64,000 nucleotides of DNA from Vulcanimicrobiales bacterium (lineage in GTDB: Bacteria > Vulcanimicrobiota > Vulcanimicrobiia > Vulcanimicrobiales > Vulcanimicrobiaceae). Position 1 is the first letter of the stretch; each line of letters starts with the position of its first letter. Location of the stretch: NCBI GenBank assembly GCA_038231455.1, contig JBBRLI010000005.1, forward strand, positions 126,032 to 190,031, in the 5' to 3' direction. Of this stretch, positions 1 to 9,569 are shown piece by piece. The position numbers and the translations under genes are program-made. Below the pieces are notes generated by a model. The model was not told the origin of the DNA, searched no databases, and saw nothing but the letters and a program-made list of their open reading frames with translations.

Positions 1-2
1 TT

Positions 3-398
3 GCATCGAAGATCGCGGAGATTCGCGGCAGCACCCCGACCTTGGGTTTTCTCAATATCAACCTGTATCGCGATGACGATGTGGCGCGCGATCTGCCCGA
101 GTCCGAGATTCGCGGCGAGATCACCGGGCGCACCGTCGTCGTCGTCGATGATGTTCTCTATACCGGCCGCACCGTGCGTGCGGCCCTGGATGCCGTGACC
201 GACCTCGGCCGTCCGAATGCGATCCGCCTTGCGGTGTTGATCGATCGCGGTCTGCGCGAACTGCCCGTTCAAGCCGACTATATCGGTAAACTGATTCCCA
301 CGAGCCGGAGCGAGCGCATCGACGTAGCGTTATCCCCGCAGCGCTCCGAACGCGACGAAGTCGTCGTGATCGCCGATGAGGACCGTGCCGGCACGTAA
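3..398 (+). CDS. pyrR: Bifunctional pyrimidine regulator / uracil phosphoribosyltransferase PyrR (5'-truncated by window edge)
   Basis: Frame is open from position 3. Motifs LYRDD, VVVVDDVLYTGRTVRAALDA (PRPP loop) and LIDRGLRELPVQADYIG; lies directly upstream of pyrB. Confidence 0.95.
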   Translation, partial: ASKIAEIRGSTPTLGFLNINLYRDDDVARDLPESEIRGEITGRTVVVVDDVLYTGRTVRAALDAVTDLGRPNAIRLAVLIDRGLRELPVQADYIGKLIPTSRSERIDVALSPQRSERDEVVVIADEDRAGT

Positions 399-1299
399 TT
401 TGCTCGACGTCGATGACGTCACACGTACCGAACTTTCCGCTCTCCTCGATCGTGCCGCCGCTTTCAAACGCGAGGGCGCCGCGCGCGACTTGCTCGCCGG
501 AGTGCCGGTCCTCAACTTGTTCTTCGAGGCGAGCACGCGCACGGCGACCTCGTTCACGCTTGCCGAACAACGCGTGGGTGCCGACATCATTTCGTTTGCG
601 CCGGGGACGTCGAGTTTAGGGAAAGGTGAGACGATTGCTGACACTGCGCTCACCCTCCACGGCATCGGCGTGCGCGTCATCGTCGTTCGCCACCCGGAGT
701 CGGGTTTCGCGCGCCGGCTTGCCGACGCGTTCGACGGTCACGTGGTCAACGCGGGCGACGGCGCGCACGCGCACCCGACGCAGGCACTGCTCGATCTGAT
801 GACCCTGCGGAACGAATTCGGCGGCTTCGACGGACTGCGCGTTGCGATCGTGGGGGATATCATCCACTCGCGTGTGGCACGCTCGAACATCGTCGGGATG
901 ACGATGCTTGGCATCGACGTCATGCTCGTTGGACCGCGTACGCTCTTGCCCGATGCAATGGAACGCCCGGGCGTGCGCATCTCGCGCGATCTCGATGCCG
1001 TCCTTCCCGAAGTCGATGCGGTCATGATGCTGCGTATCCAACACGAGCGCATCACCTCGAGCCTCTTACCGGCCCTAAACGACTATACACGCAACTATCA
1101 ACTCAACCGCTCGCGACTGCGCGCGCTCAAGGCAACAGCGGTGATCCTGCACCCCGGCCCGTACAATCGCGGCATCGAACTCACCGACGACGCGCTTGCC
1201 GATCAGCGGTCGCGGTACAAAGTTCAAGTCGAAAACGGCGTCTTCGTGCGCATGGCCGTACTCGACCATCTCGTCAACGGCGCTGCGGTGCCCGCATGA
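376..1299 (+). CDS. pyrB: Aspartate carbamoyltransferase catalytic subunit
   Basis: FFEASTRT, HPTQALLD, GDIIHSRVARS, LRIQHER and HPGP motifs. Confidence 0.97.
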   Translation: MRTVPARNLLDVDDVTRTELSALLDRAAAFKREGAARDLLAGVPVLNLFFEASTRTATSFTLAEQRVGADIISFAPGTSSLGKGETIADTALTLHGIGVRVIVVRHPESGFARRLADAFDGHVVNAGDGAHAHPTQALLDLMTLRNEFGGFDGLRVAIVGDIIHSRVARSNIVGMTMLGIDVMLVGPRTLLPDAMERPGVRISRDLDAVLPEVDAVMMLRIQHERITSSLLPALNDYTRNYQLNRSRLRALKATAVILHPGPYNRGIELTDDALADQRSRYKVQVENGVFVRMAVLDHLVNGAAVPA

Positions 1300-2597
1300 A
1301 CGCGCTCATCATCCAAGGGGGCCGGGTGATCGACCCCTCGCAGGGACTCGATGCGGTCCGCGATGTGCTCGTACGCGATGGCAAAATCGCCGCGATCGGC
1401 GAACACCTCGATGTCGGGACGGCGACGGTCGTCGATGCGCGGGGATTGATCGTCGCCCCGGGTTTCATCGACATGCACGTGCATTTACGCGAGCCGGGTC
1501 AAACGCACAAAGAAACGATCGCGACCGGGAGCGCCGCGGCCGTTGCCGGCGGCTTTACCGCGGTCTGCGCGATGCCCAACACGACCCCCGCAATGGATTC
1601 GCCGGCCACGCTTGCCGAAGTCGCGCGCCTCGCGGGGGCAGCCGGCCTTGCGCGCATCTACCCGGTCGCTGCGATTACCAAGGATCGCGCAGGCGTCGAA
1701 CTCGCACCGTATCATTTGCTCTCCGATGCGGGAGCCGTTGCTTTTAGCGACGACGGCAATACGGTCGAGAATCCGCGCGTGTTACGCCAGGCCGCACGCT
1801 ACGCAAAAGATCTCGATCAACCGTTCATCTCGCACTGCGAGGATGCGCAGCTCAAAGGCAGCGCCGTTATGAACGAAGGCTTTTCATCGGCGAAACTTGG
1901 CCTTGAGGGTTCGCCCAACGTGGCCGAAGAGATCGTGATCGCGCGCGATCTGCTGATCGCCGCCGATACGAAGAAACCGTGGCACATCGCGCACTTGAGC
2001 ACGGCGACGGGACTCGATTTGATGCGCTGGGCCCGCGCGCGCGGTGCAGCGGTCACCTGCGAAGTGACGCCGCACCACCTGCTGGTTCACGACGATCTCT
2101 TTGATGATTACCGCGCTGAGGGCAAAGTGAATCCGCCGCTGCGCGACCCCAGCGACTCCTCGGCTTTGCGCGCGGGCGTTCGCGATGGGTCGATCGAGGT
2201 TTTCGCAACCGATCACGCACCGCACGGCATGGATGAAAAAGCGCAACTGCTCAGTGCGGCGCCGGTCGGCTTCACGGGTCTCGAAATCGCGCTCGGCGCC
2301 TACGCCCACGCAATGCCCGATCTGCCGCTCGATCGTTTCATCGCGTGCTTCTCGACGAACCCCGCGCGCATCTTGCATTTGCCCGGCGGGACACTACGCC
2401 TAGGCGCGCCAGCCGATATCACGGTCTTCGGCGAACAGCCGTGGATCGTCAATGCCAAAACGTTCCATTCGAAAGGCAAAAACACGCCATTCGACGGCTG
2501 GTCGTTCGCGCGGCGCGCGATCGTTACGATCGTCGACGGACACATCGTCTATCAGAACGGCGAGATTCTCACGACCCGACGCGCGATGCACGTATGA
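1296..2597 (+). CDS. pyrC: Dihydroorotase
   Basis: PGFIDMHVHLREPG, MPNT, KVNPPLR and ATDHAPH motifs; ATGA overlap with pyrB. Confidence 0.96.
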   Translation: MNALIIQGGRVIDPSQGLDAVRDVLVRDGKIAAIGEHLDVGTATVVDARGLIVAPGFIDMHVHLREPGQTHKETIATGSAAAVAGGFTAVCAMPNTTPAMDSPATLAEVARLAGAAGLARIYPVAAITKDRAGVELAPYHLLSDAGAVAFSDDGNTVENPRVLRQAARYAKDLDQPFISHCEDAQLKGSAVMNEGFSSAKLGLEGSPNVAEEIVIARDLLIAADTKKPWHIAHLSTATGLDLMRWARARGAAVTCEVTPHHLLVHDDLFDDYRAEGKVNPPLRDPSDSSALRAGVRDGSIEVFATDHAPHGMDEKAQLLSAAPVGFTGLEIALGAYAHAMPDLPLDRFIACFSTNPARILHLPGGTLRLGAPADITVFGEQPWIVNAKTFHSKGKNTPFDGWSFARRAIVTIVDGHIVYQNGEILTTRRAMHV

Positions 2598-3679
2598 ACC
2601 GCGCGTCACTCTTTCTTGCGGACGGCTCGCGCTTCGATGGCGAAGGGCTCGGTACGACGGGTATCGCGCTTGGCGAGGCGGTCTTTTACACCGGCATGAC
2701 GGGGTATGAGGAAGCGCTTACGGATCCATCGTACGCGGGACAAATCCTCACGTTCACCTATCCGCTCATCGGCAATTACGGCATCTCGCGCGTTGTCTCA
2801 CAACATCCGACGGCCTGCGTCGCGGGCGCGGTGATCAAGCGACTGGCGCTTCGGCCCTCACATTTCGAGAGCACGATCGATCTTGGCGCGTGGCTCGACG
2901 AGCAGAAGATTCCCACGATCGTCGGCATCGATACGCGTGCGCTCACGATTCTCTTGCGCGATCACGGCACGATCGCATCGGCGCTTGCGGTGGGCGATGA
3001 AGCGATCGGGCAGGCCGAAGTAAAACTCGCCGCCTACGCACGCAACCCGTCGACGAGCGGACTCGTGGCGAGTGTCGCAACCGGTTACGAACATGAGGCC
3101 GGTCGCATACCGAAGACGGGACATCGCGTCGTGGTGCTCGATTGCGGCGTCAAGCGCGCGATCATTCGCGAACTCGAAGCACTCGATGCGAACGTGACGG
3201 TCTTGCCGTACGTCGCATCGCGCGATGAGATCCTCGCCGCAAAACCCGAGGCGCTCGTGATTTCCCCTGGACCCGGCGACCCGCGCGAACTCGGTACAAC
3301 CGTCGAACTGCTCCGTAGCCTCGTTGGCGAACTGCCGATGTTCGGCGTGTGTCTTGGACATCAACTTTTAGCCCTCGCCCTTGGCGCCGAGACGATCAAA
3401 CTCAAGTACGGTCATCGCGGCGGAAACCAGCCCGTGAAAGATATCCAGCGCAACCAAGTGATCGTCACCGCGCACAATCACGGCTACGCGGTCGAAGGTG
3501 CATCGCTGCCAGCACATCTCGAAGCAACGATGGTCAACCTCAACGACAATACCAACGAAGGCTTCCGCCATCGCACGCTGCCGATCGCTGCGGTGCAGTT
3601 CCATCCCGAAGCATCGCCCGGACCGGACGATGCGCGCTATCTGTTTGCGGAGTGGCTCGGGGCGCTTTCGCGCGACTGA
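2594..3679 (+). CDS. carA: Carbamoyl-phosphate synthase small (glutaminase) subunit
   Basis: Start placed at ATG 2594 (ATGA overlap with pyrC). TGMTGYEEALTDPSYAGQI, SPGPGDP, GVCLGHQ and QFHPEASPGP motifs. Confidence 0.97.
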   Translation: MNRASLFLADGSRFDGEGLGTTGIALGEAVFYTGMTGYEEALTDPSYAGQILTFTYPLIGNYGISRVVSQHPTACVAGAVIKRLALRPSHFESTIDLGAWLDEQKIPTIVGIDTRALTILLRDHGTIASALAVGDEAIGQAEVKLAAYARNPSTSGLVASVATGYEHEAGRIPKTGHRVVVLDCGVKRAIIRELEALDANVTVLPYVASRDEILAAKPEALVISPGPGDPRELGTTVELLRSLVGELPMFGVCLGHQLLALALGAETIKLKYGHRGGNQPVKDIQRNQVIVTAHNHGYAVEGASLPAHLEATMVNLNDNTNEGFRHRTLPIAAVQFHPEASPGPDDARYLFAEWLGALSRD

Positions 3680-4533
3680 TCGCGATCCTTATCGCGTTCG
3701 CCGCGCTCGCATCCCCGGTTGCCGCCGAGCAACTCGCGCGGCTGCACGTCACGAATTTGGCGCTGGGCGCCGATCGCACGCACGTGAAGATCGGCGAGCG
3801 GTTTTCAATTTACGTGCGCGTTCACGTGAACGAAAAAATCGATCGCATCGACAATCTGGTGTTGCCGAATCTGCTCGACTTCAACAATCTTGGCGACGAA
3901 CATACGCGCCAGATTACGCCGAAGGGGACGGACTGGACCGAGCGCGTGATCCTCGAGGCACCTCAGGCCGGCACGTTCACGATCCCCCCGGCGTTCTTCG
4001 ATGCGGTCAACGCGGCGAACGGAAAACCATCGCGATTCTCATCGAACACCCTGACGATCGTCGTCGCCGGGCCATCCCCACTCGATGATCCCGGGGCGCT
4101 TGGACGACGGATCCTCGGCATCGCCCTTGCGATCATCGGCGTCCTCGCCGCTATTTTTGTGTTGCTCGTGCTCTTCGTGGTGCGCAGGCGCCGGGTGCCG
4201 CGGGCTTCCCCATCATCGCCACAGCCGCAAACGCCGACGATCGTTCGCGTCATCGATCCGAACGAGGCACTGCGTGCGGCACTCTGCGATGCGGAGCGCG
4301 CGCGGACGCGCGCCAGCATGCTTGCACTGCGCGGCGAGCTCTTCGCCCGTGAAGGCGTACCGCGCGGCGCAACGACCCGCGATGCGCTCGAGCGCATTCC
4401 CGCGGGCGCGAACGGCGTGCGTCTCGCGGTCGGTCACCTCGAGCGCGCGGCGTTCGGGCCAGACGATCGGCTCGACACCGCAATCGAAGAAGCGCTCGCA
4501 GCAGTCGAGAACCTGCTGCGTAGCGGTGGCTGA
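3652..4533 (+). CDS. BatD-like exported/membrane protein
   Basis: GTG 3652 gives a signal-peptide-like N-terminus (ARLIAILIAFAALASPVAA). Ig-like segment PQAGTFTIPPA...SNTLTIVV is followed by a TM helix and RRRR. Context is a MoxR/DUF58/vWA cluster. Confidence 0.65.
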   Translation: MARGAFARLIAILIAFAALASPVAAEQLARLHVTNLALGADRTHVKIGERFSIYVRVHVNEKIDRIDNLVLPNLLDFNNLGDEHTRQITPKGTDWTERVILEAPQAGTFTIPPAFFDAVNAANGKPSRFSSNTLTIVVAGPSPLDDPGALGRRILGIALAIIGVLAAIFVLLVLFVVRRRRVPRASPSSPQPQTPTIVRVIDPNEALRAALCDAERARTRASMLALRGELFAREGVPRGATTRDALERIPAGANGVRLAVGHLERAAFGPDDRLDTAIEEALAAVENLLRSGG

Positions 4534-4560
4534 CGGTCGCGGCGCGGGCCGCGCCGAAGG

Positions 4561-5520
4561 ATGGAGACAATGATCGGATCGCACACTCGCCCCGTCGCGC
4601 TTCTCGATGCGCTCGGCCGCAGTATCGTCGGACAACGTCCCGTCCTCGAAACGCTGGTCCTCACCGTCATCGCGGGCGGCCACGTGCTGCTCGAAGGCGC
4701 GCCGGGCGTTGCAAAAACGCTCGCCTGCCGCGCGCTCGCCGCAGCGATCGGCGGAACGTTCCGCCGCATTCAATTCACCCCCGATCTCTTACCGAGCGAC
4801 ATCGTCGGGACGCGTGTCTTCGATCAGCGCAGTGCGACGTTCGCAACCGTCCCCGGGCCGATTTTCGCAAACGTTGTCCTCGCCGATGAGATCAACCGAG
4901 CACCCGCCAAAGTGCAATCCGCCCTGCTCGAGGGGATGCAAGAGCACCACGCAACGATCGGCCCCGAGACGCTTCCGTTTCCCGATCCGTTCGTCGTGCT
5001 GGCAACGATGAATCCCCTCGACGGCGATGGGACCTACGCCCTGCCGCTCGCACAGATGGACCGCTTTCTTGCCAAAGTCATCGTGGGCTATCCCGGTCGC
5101 GACGACGAGCGTGCGATCGTGGACCGGTTCGGTTCGAGCGACGTCGTCTTGCCCGAGAACGTCGTCTCGCTCGAGGATGTGCGGTCGTGGCGGACTGCGG
5201 CGCGCGCGGTATTCCTCGATGCAAAGCTCCGTGACTACATCGTCGATATCGTTCGCGCGACACGCGAACCGGCGCTCCTTGGAGACTTCGGGAAATACAT
5301 CGAATCCGGCGCGAGCCCGCGTGCGGCACTTGCGCTGTCCCAACTCGTTCGCGCCCGCGCATTCCTCGAAGATCGCGATTTTGCAACGCCCGATGACGTG
5401 CGCGACCTTGCCCCAAGCGTCTTACGCCACCGAATCGCGTACGGCTACCGCGTCGCAACCGACGGTATCGATGTTGAGGCAATCGTCGCTGCCGCGATCG
5501 GCGCGGTCCACGCACCGTGA
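4561..5520 (+). CDS. moxR: MoxR-family AAA+ ATPase
   Basis: HVLLEGAPGVAKT (Walker A), RIQFTPDLLPSD, LADEINRAPAKVQSALLE, ATMNP and GASPRA motifs. Confidence 0.95.
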   Translation: METMIGSHTRPVALLDALGRSIVGQRPVLETLVLTVIAGGHVLLEGAPGVAKTLACRALAAAIGGTFRRIQFTPDLLPSDIVGTRVFDQRSATFATVPGPIFANVVLADEINRAPAKVQSALLEGMQEHHATIGPETLPFPDPFVVLATMNPLDGDGTYALPLAQMDRFLAKVIVGYPGRDDERAIVDRFGSSDVVLPENVVSLEDVRSWRTAARAVFLDAKLRDYIVDIVRATREPALLGDFGKYIESGASPRAALALSQLVRARAFLEDRDFATPDDVRDLAPSVLRHRIAYGYRVATDGIDVEAIVAAAIGAVHAP

Positions 5521-6335
5521 ACCCGCTGCGCGCCGCAATCGCTCGCGGAGCTCGCCGGCCAAACACGCGCGGGCCCGGTGCGATCGCGCGCCGGGCGGGT
5601 GAAGGCTACGAGTTCGCGCAGTTGCGCGGCTACGCCGAAGGTGACGATCCGCGGCGGATCGATTGGGCCGCAAGCGCACGCATCGGCGCGTTGCAGACGC
5701 GCGTGTACCTCGATGAAAATGCGCTCGTCTTCGCGGCTATTCTGGATGAGTCGGCTTCGATGCGCGTCGGTCGCAAACGCTCGCTCCTCGACGCGGGAAA
5801 CGACGCGCTCGGCGCGTGGTTCGGAGCGGCCGAAGAAGAAGATCGTTCGCGTCGGATTATCGACGGTGCACCGGTTGGTCCGAGCACCCTGCGCGGAACG
5901 CGCGGCGCACGGGTCGCAATCGATGCGCGCGGTAGCGGGAGCTTCAATCTTGGTCGCGAGTTGCTAACCGCAATACACGTCTTGCCGCGCGGTTCGGCGC
6001 TCCTGGTGATCTCGGATTTTTTCGATCTGACAAACGACGATGACGACGCTACCCTCGCCCGAGCTGGCGCGCGTCTTGACGCAACGGCGCTCATCGCACG
6101 CGACCCGTGGATGACCGACATGCCGCTTGCGGGGTTTGTTCGCTTGCGTGATGCGGAGTCGGGTCGCGTGCGCCGTGTCTTCGTCGGCAAACGTCAGCGC
6201 GAACGCTACCGAATCACCTCTGCCGAACGCGACGCCGCGATTCGCGAACGACTTCGCGCCCACGGTTGGCGGATTGGCACGCTCGATGAGCGCGACGGTC
6301 GCGGATCGCTCTACCACGCATTCGGTGTGCGATGA
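5517..6335 (+). CDS. DUF58 domain protein (MoxR partner)
   Basis: GYEFAQLRGYAEGDDPRRIDWAASAR, LDESASM and VISDF motifs; GTGA overlap with moxR. Confidence 0.92.
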   Translation: MNPLRAAIARGARRPNTRGPGAIARRAGEGYEFAQLRGYAEGDDPRRIDWAASARIGALQTRVYLDENALVFAAILDESASMRVGRKRSLLDAGNDALGAWFGAAEEEDRSRRIIDGAPVGPSTLRGTRGARVAIDARGSGSFNLGRELLTAIHVLPRGSALLVISDFFDLTNDDDDATLARAGARLDATALIARDPWMTDMPLAGFVRLRDAESGRVRRVFVGKRQRERYRITSAERDAAIRERLRAHGWRIGTLDERDGRGSLYHAFGVR

Positions 6336-7255
6336 CCTTCGCGCATCCCGCACTCCTGTTGTTGGCTATCGCCGTCGCCGTAGCGTTCGTTTTCGCGTAC
6401 CGCACCCTCGAACGGCGTGCGTCAAACACGGCTCTCGCGTATAGCGACCTTGCGTTTGCGGAAGCGGCTTTTCAATCGCGTGTCCCTTGGGCCGCGATCC
6501 TGCTCGGAGCGTGGACGCTCGCACTTTTGTGCATCGGCACGGCGCTTGCGGGTCCGCATTTTAGCGCGCGCGTGCCGGTTAGTGACGGCAGCGTGATGCT
6601 GTGTGTCGATACGTCGGGATCGATGGCCGCACCCGACATCGCACCGACACGCTCGGAGGCCTCGAAAGCCGCCGTACGCGCGTTTATCGACGGAACTCCG
6701 GGAGCGACGCGTATCGGCATCGTCGCGTTTTCAAGTTTCGCCAACCTGATCGCACCGCTGACGGATGACCGAACGATTTTACGGGATGCCGTCGAGCGCA
6801 TTCCGCCACCGAACGGTGGCACGGCGATCGGCGAGGCGCTCGCGGCAGCAGCGCAAGCCTTACCCGATCGGGGACACCGCGCAATCGTGCTCATCACCGA
6901 CGGGATCAACAATATCGGACGCGATCCTCTTACCATTTCGCAGGCGATCGGCGCCCGCGGCATCACCATTTATACGATCGGCATCGGCACGAACAACAGC
7001 GGCGAGCTGATCCCCGGAACAAGAGAAGAAGCGCAAATCGACGAGGATGCCCTTCGGGCATTCGCGCAAGCCGCACACGGCGACTACGCTCGCGTGAGTG
7101 ATGCGGGCGGGCTCCGCAGGAAACTTGCGGCACTGGCGCGTTCGAGCATCTGGGAGAAGTCCCGGGTCGACGCGTCGCTCGGATTCGCGGTCAGCGGCGG
7201 CACGCTGATGATTCTCGCACTCTTCGGTTCCCTGACATTCGGCCGCATTCCGTAG
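6332..7255 (+). CDS. vWA-domain membrane protein (BatA-like)
   Basis: N-terminal MTFAHP plus TM segments, MIDAS DTSGSM, GTAIGEAL, LITDG, IYTIGIG and a C-terminal TM helix. Confidence 0.92.
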   Translation: MTFAHPALLLLAIAVAVAFVFAYRTLERRASNTALAYSDLAFAEAAFQSRVPWAAILLGAWTLALLCIGTALAGPHFSARVPVSDGSVMLCVDTSGSMAAPDIAPTRSEASKAAVRAFIDGTPGATRIGIVAFSSFANLIAPLTDDRTILRDAVERIPPPNGGTAIGEALAAAAQALPDRGHRAIVLITDGINNIGRDPLTISQAIGARGITIYTIGIGTNNSGELIPGTREEAQIDEDALRAFAQAAHGDYARVSDAGGLRRKLAALARSSIWEKSRVDASLGFAVSGGTLMILALFGSLTFGRIP

Positions 7256-7270
7256 TCCAAGAAAGAACGT

Positions 7271-7915
7271 ATGAGCGACATCTCGGACATCCGCCTTAGT
7301 TACGAACGCGCAGCCCTCGATGAGAGCGATGTCGCCCGCGATCCCTTCATTCAGTTCGGAACGTGGCTCGATGAAGCACTCGCCGCCGAACTCGTCGAAC
7401 CCAACGCCATGACGGTCGCGACCGTTGGCATCGACGGTCAACCCTCTGCGCGCATCGTGCTCTTACGCGGTTACGACGAGCGCGGCATGGTGTTCTTCAC
7501 CAATTACGAGAGCCAAAAAGGCCACGAGATCGCGACGACCCCGCGCGCGGCGCTCCTCTTTTTCTGGGGACCGCTCGAACGCCAAATTCGCGTCGAAGGG
7601 CCCGTCGAGCGCCTCTCGGCCGCCGACTCAGATGCCTATTTCGAAAAACGTCCACGCGGGCACCGTCTTTCCGCTTGGGCATCGCCGCAGTCGAGCAAGG
7701 TCAAGAGTCGTGCCGAGCTCGACGAGCGCATGACGAAATTCGACCAGCAGTTCGCCGATGTCGATGTGCCGCGGCCCGAGCACTGGGGTGGATTCCGCGT
7801 CAAACCGCTGCGTTTCGAATACTGGCAGGGGCGACGCAACCGCGTGCACGATCGCATCGTCTACCGGCGCATCGCAATCGGTACGCCGTGGGTGATCGAG
7901 CGACTCGCCCCATAA
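7271..7915 (+). CDS. pdxH: Pyridoxamine 5'-phosphate oxidase
   Basis: EPNAMTVAT, PSARIVLL, FFTNYESQKG, RQIRVEG, PRPEHWGG, EYWQGR and ERLAP motifs. Confidence 0.97.
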   Translation: MSDISDIRLSYERAALDESDVARDPFIQFGTWLDEALAAELVEPNAMTVATVGIDGQPSARIVLLRGYDERGMVFFTNYESQKGHEIATTPRAALLFFWGPLERQIRVEGPVERLSAADSDAYFEKRPRGHRLSAWASPQSSKVKSRAELDERMTKFDQQFADVDVPRPEHWGGFRVKPLRFEYWQGRRNRVHDRIVYRRIAIGTPWVIERLAP

Positions 7916-8084
7916 CATTGATGCTCGCTTCAACGGAGCGGTAGCGTACAGACAACGTCTTCCATTTGTCGGCATACTGTGGTGATGCGGATTCGCACCG
8001 CATCTCATCGCCAGCATTTGCAAGGAATCGTAAAAAGCTGTTGCTGTATCGTGCGCTCAATCCGACCCTAGTCCGTTCCCGCGC

Positions 8085-8867
8085 GTGTCGGCGGTGATTG
8101 CGCCGGGAAAAACCGGAAACCGGGTTCTCGACGTCCTACCCCTTTTGGACCGCGAGGCGCTTGACCAAGAGCTCACGCCGATGGCAATGGCCGTGCGCGA
8201 TTTCTCGCACACGGTCGGGAAGCCGCTCGCGTTCGTCTATTTCCCGATCGACGCGGTGCTCTCGGTCGTCACGACGTTGATCGACGGCGATAACGTCGAA
8301 TGCGGGACCGTTGGAAATGAAAGCTTTGTGACCTTCGATGCGGTGCTCGGTTCACGAATCGCAACGCGCTCCGTGTTCTGCCAAGTGCGCGGTGAGGTCT
8401 TACGGCTGCCGTTTATTACGTTTAAAGCGCGCATGGAAACAAGCGAGCCTTTCTCACGGCTCATGCGACACAATGCGCTTGCCGGATTTTACACGACGCA
8501 GCAGTTCGTCGCGTGCAACATCAAGCATTCGCTGGTAAAACGCTGTGCGCGGTGGCTCGCGATGACCGCCGATCGTGTCGGAAGGTCCGAATTCCACCTC
8601 ACACACGAGTTCCTCGCGATCATGCTTGGCGTGCGGCGCGCGGGCGTGTCCGAGGCGGCGAACGCCCTTCAGAAAATGGGCGCGATCAGCTATCGGCGCG
8701 ACGTGCTCTCGATTCTCGACGCGAAGCTTCTCGAGGACTCGGCCTGCGAATGCTACGAGGTCGCGAAGGTGGCGTTTGCGAGTGCGTTGACCCTCGACGA
8801 GGAGAAATTTTTAGTGGCGGTGCCGCACCACGAATACACCACGTCGAGTGAATTCGAAACGAGTTAA
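8085..8867 (+). CDS. Crp/Fnr-family transcriptional regulator
   Basis: VYFPIDAVLSVV cNMP-like domain; ACNIKHSLVKRCARWL and LTHEFLAIMLGVRRAGVSEAA HTH; SACECY. Confidence 0.9.
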   Translation: MSAVIAPGKTGNRVLDVLPLLDREALDQELTPMAMAVRDFSHTVGKPLAFVYFPIDAVLSVVTTLIDGDNVECGTVGNESFVTFDAVLGSRIATRSVFCQVRGEVLRLPFITFKARMETSEPFSRLMRHNALAGFYTTQQFVACNIKHSLVKRCARWLAMTADRVGRSEFHLTHEFLAIMLGVRRAGVSEAANALQKMGAISYRRDVLSILDAKLLEDSACECYEVAKVAFASALTLDEEKFLVAVPHHEYTTSSEFETS

Positions 8868-8894
8868 TCCGCGTTCCCAAGCTGGATACGTTCG

Positions 8895-9464
8895 CTAATG
8901 CAAGAGTGCGCCATACAGCGAGATGACGATGCCCAGCCCGAAAGCGCCGGCTGCGATCACGGTTAGGAGACGCGTCGTAGCAAGGGCCGAGATCGAGACC
9001 AGCACGATCGCGATTTCGAGAAACGTAATGCCGATTTCCATCGTCTCGTAGCTATGCAGCTCGTGTGCACTCGTCTCGTTCGAGCGCACGGCGTCACGCT
9101 CGTAGGCCCGCGCCTTCGAGAGAATCGGTGCTTTCTCCGAGCGTTCGCGAACCACGATTGCTTGGAGAGGCGCGACGCGACGCACGTTGCCCGAGGCGAT
9201 CTGCGCCTCGTAGATATGCTGTTTGATACTGCGCGATTCATACTCGTTATACGAATCGCTCGCCAGCGTCGTTAGCCGGAGCGCCTCGTTCTTCGCGACG
9301 AGCGCATACGTCGAACGCTGTGATGCGACGAGGTTGGCAAAGGCGGCAATGACCGCGATAATTGCCGCCGCGATCGGTACCCATTTTGCCCCGTGGCGTT
9401 CGGAGCGGTGTTCGCTTCGTTCGTGCGCATCTTCGAAGGCTTTGGCGGGCTTGAAATCGCTCAT
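8895..9464 (-). CDS. DUF4337-like membrane protein
   Basis: ATG 9464 ([15 protein letters not shown]). TM helix, [16 protein letters not shown], and [14 protein letters not shown] plus TM typical of DUF4337. Confidence 0.75.
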   Translation of the reverse strand: MSDFKPAKAFEDAHERSEHRSERHGAKWVPIAAAIIAVIAAFANLVASQRSTYALVAKNEALRLTTLASDSYNEYESRSIKQHIYEAQIASGNVRRVAPLQAIVVRERSEKAPILSKARAYERDAVRSNETSAHELHSYETMEIGITFLEIAIVLVSISALATTRLLTVIAAGAFGLGIVISLYGALLH

Positions 9465-9569
9465 CGCGCCACCCGTTCGACCGTCGGCAGCACTCCACTC
9501 CCAAGAGAGGTGTCCTTTTTTTGGCCGATCCGAGGACTCCCGATGCGGTCGGACAATCTTTCGCGGGAT

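Noticed and set aside
7916..8084. Hairpins upstream of the Crp-family gene as a possible ncRNA
   Set aside because: Only a modest GATGCGG/CCGCATC stem with no recognisable family; more simply a terminator or promoter region.
9393..9569. Long N-terminal extensions in the ORF track (carB; likewise carA, second kinase, bioB, pbpC, A2M, rqcH)
   Set aside because: The extensions overlap neighbouring genes and precede the conserved N-termini; starts were reassigned.
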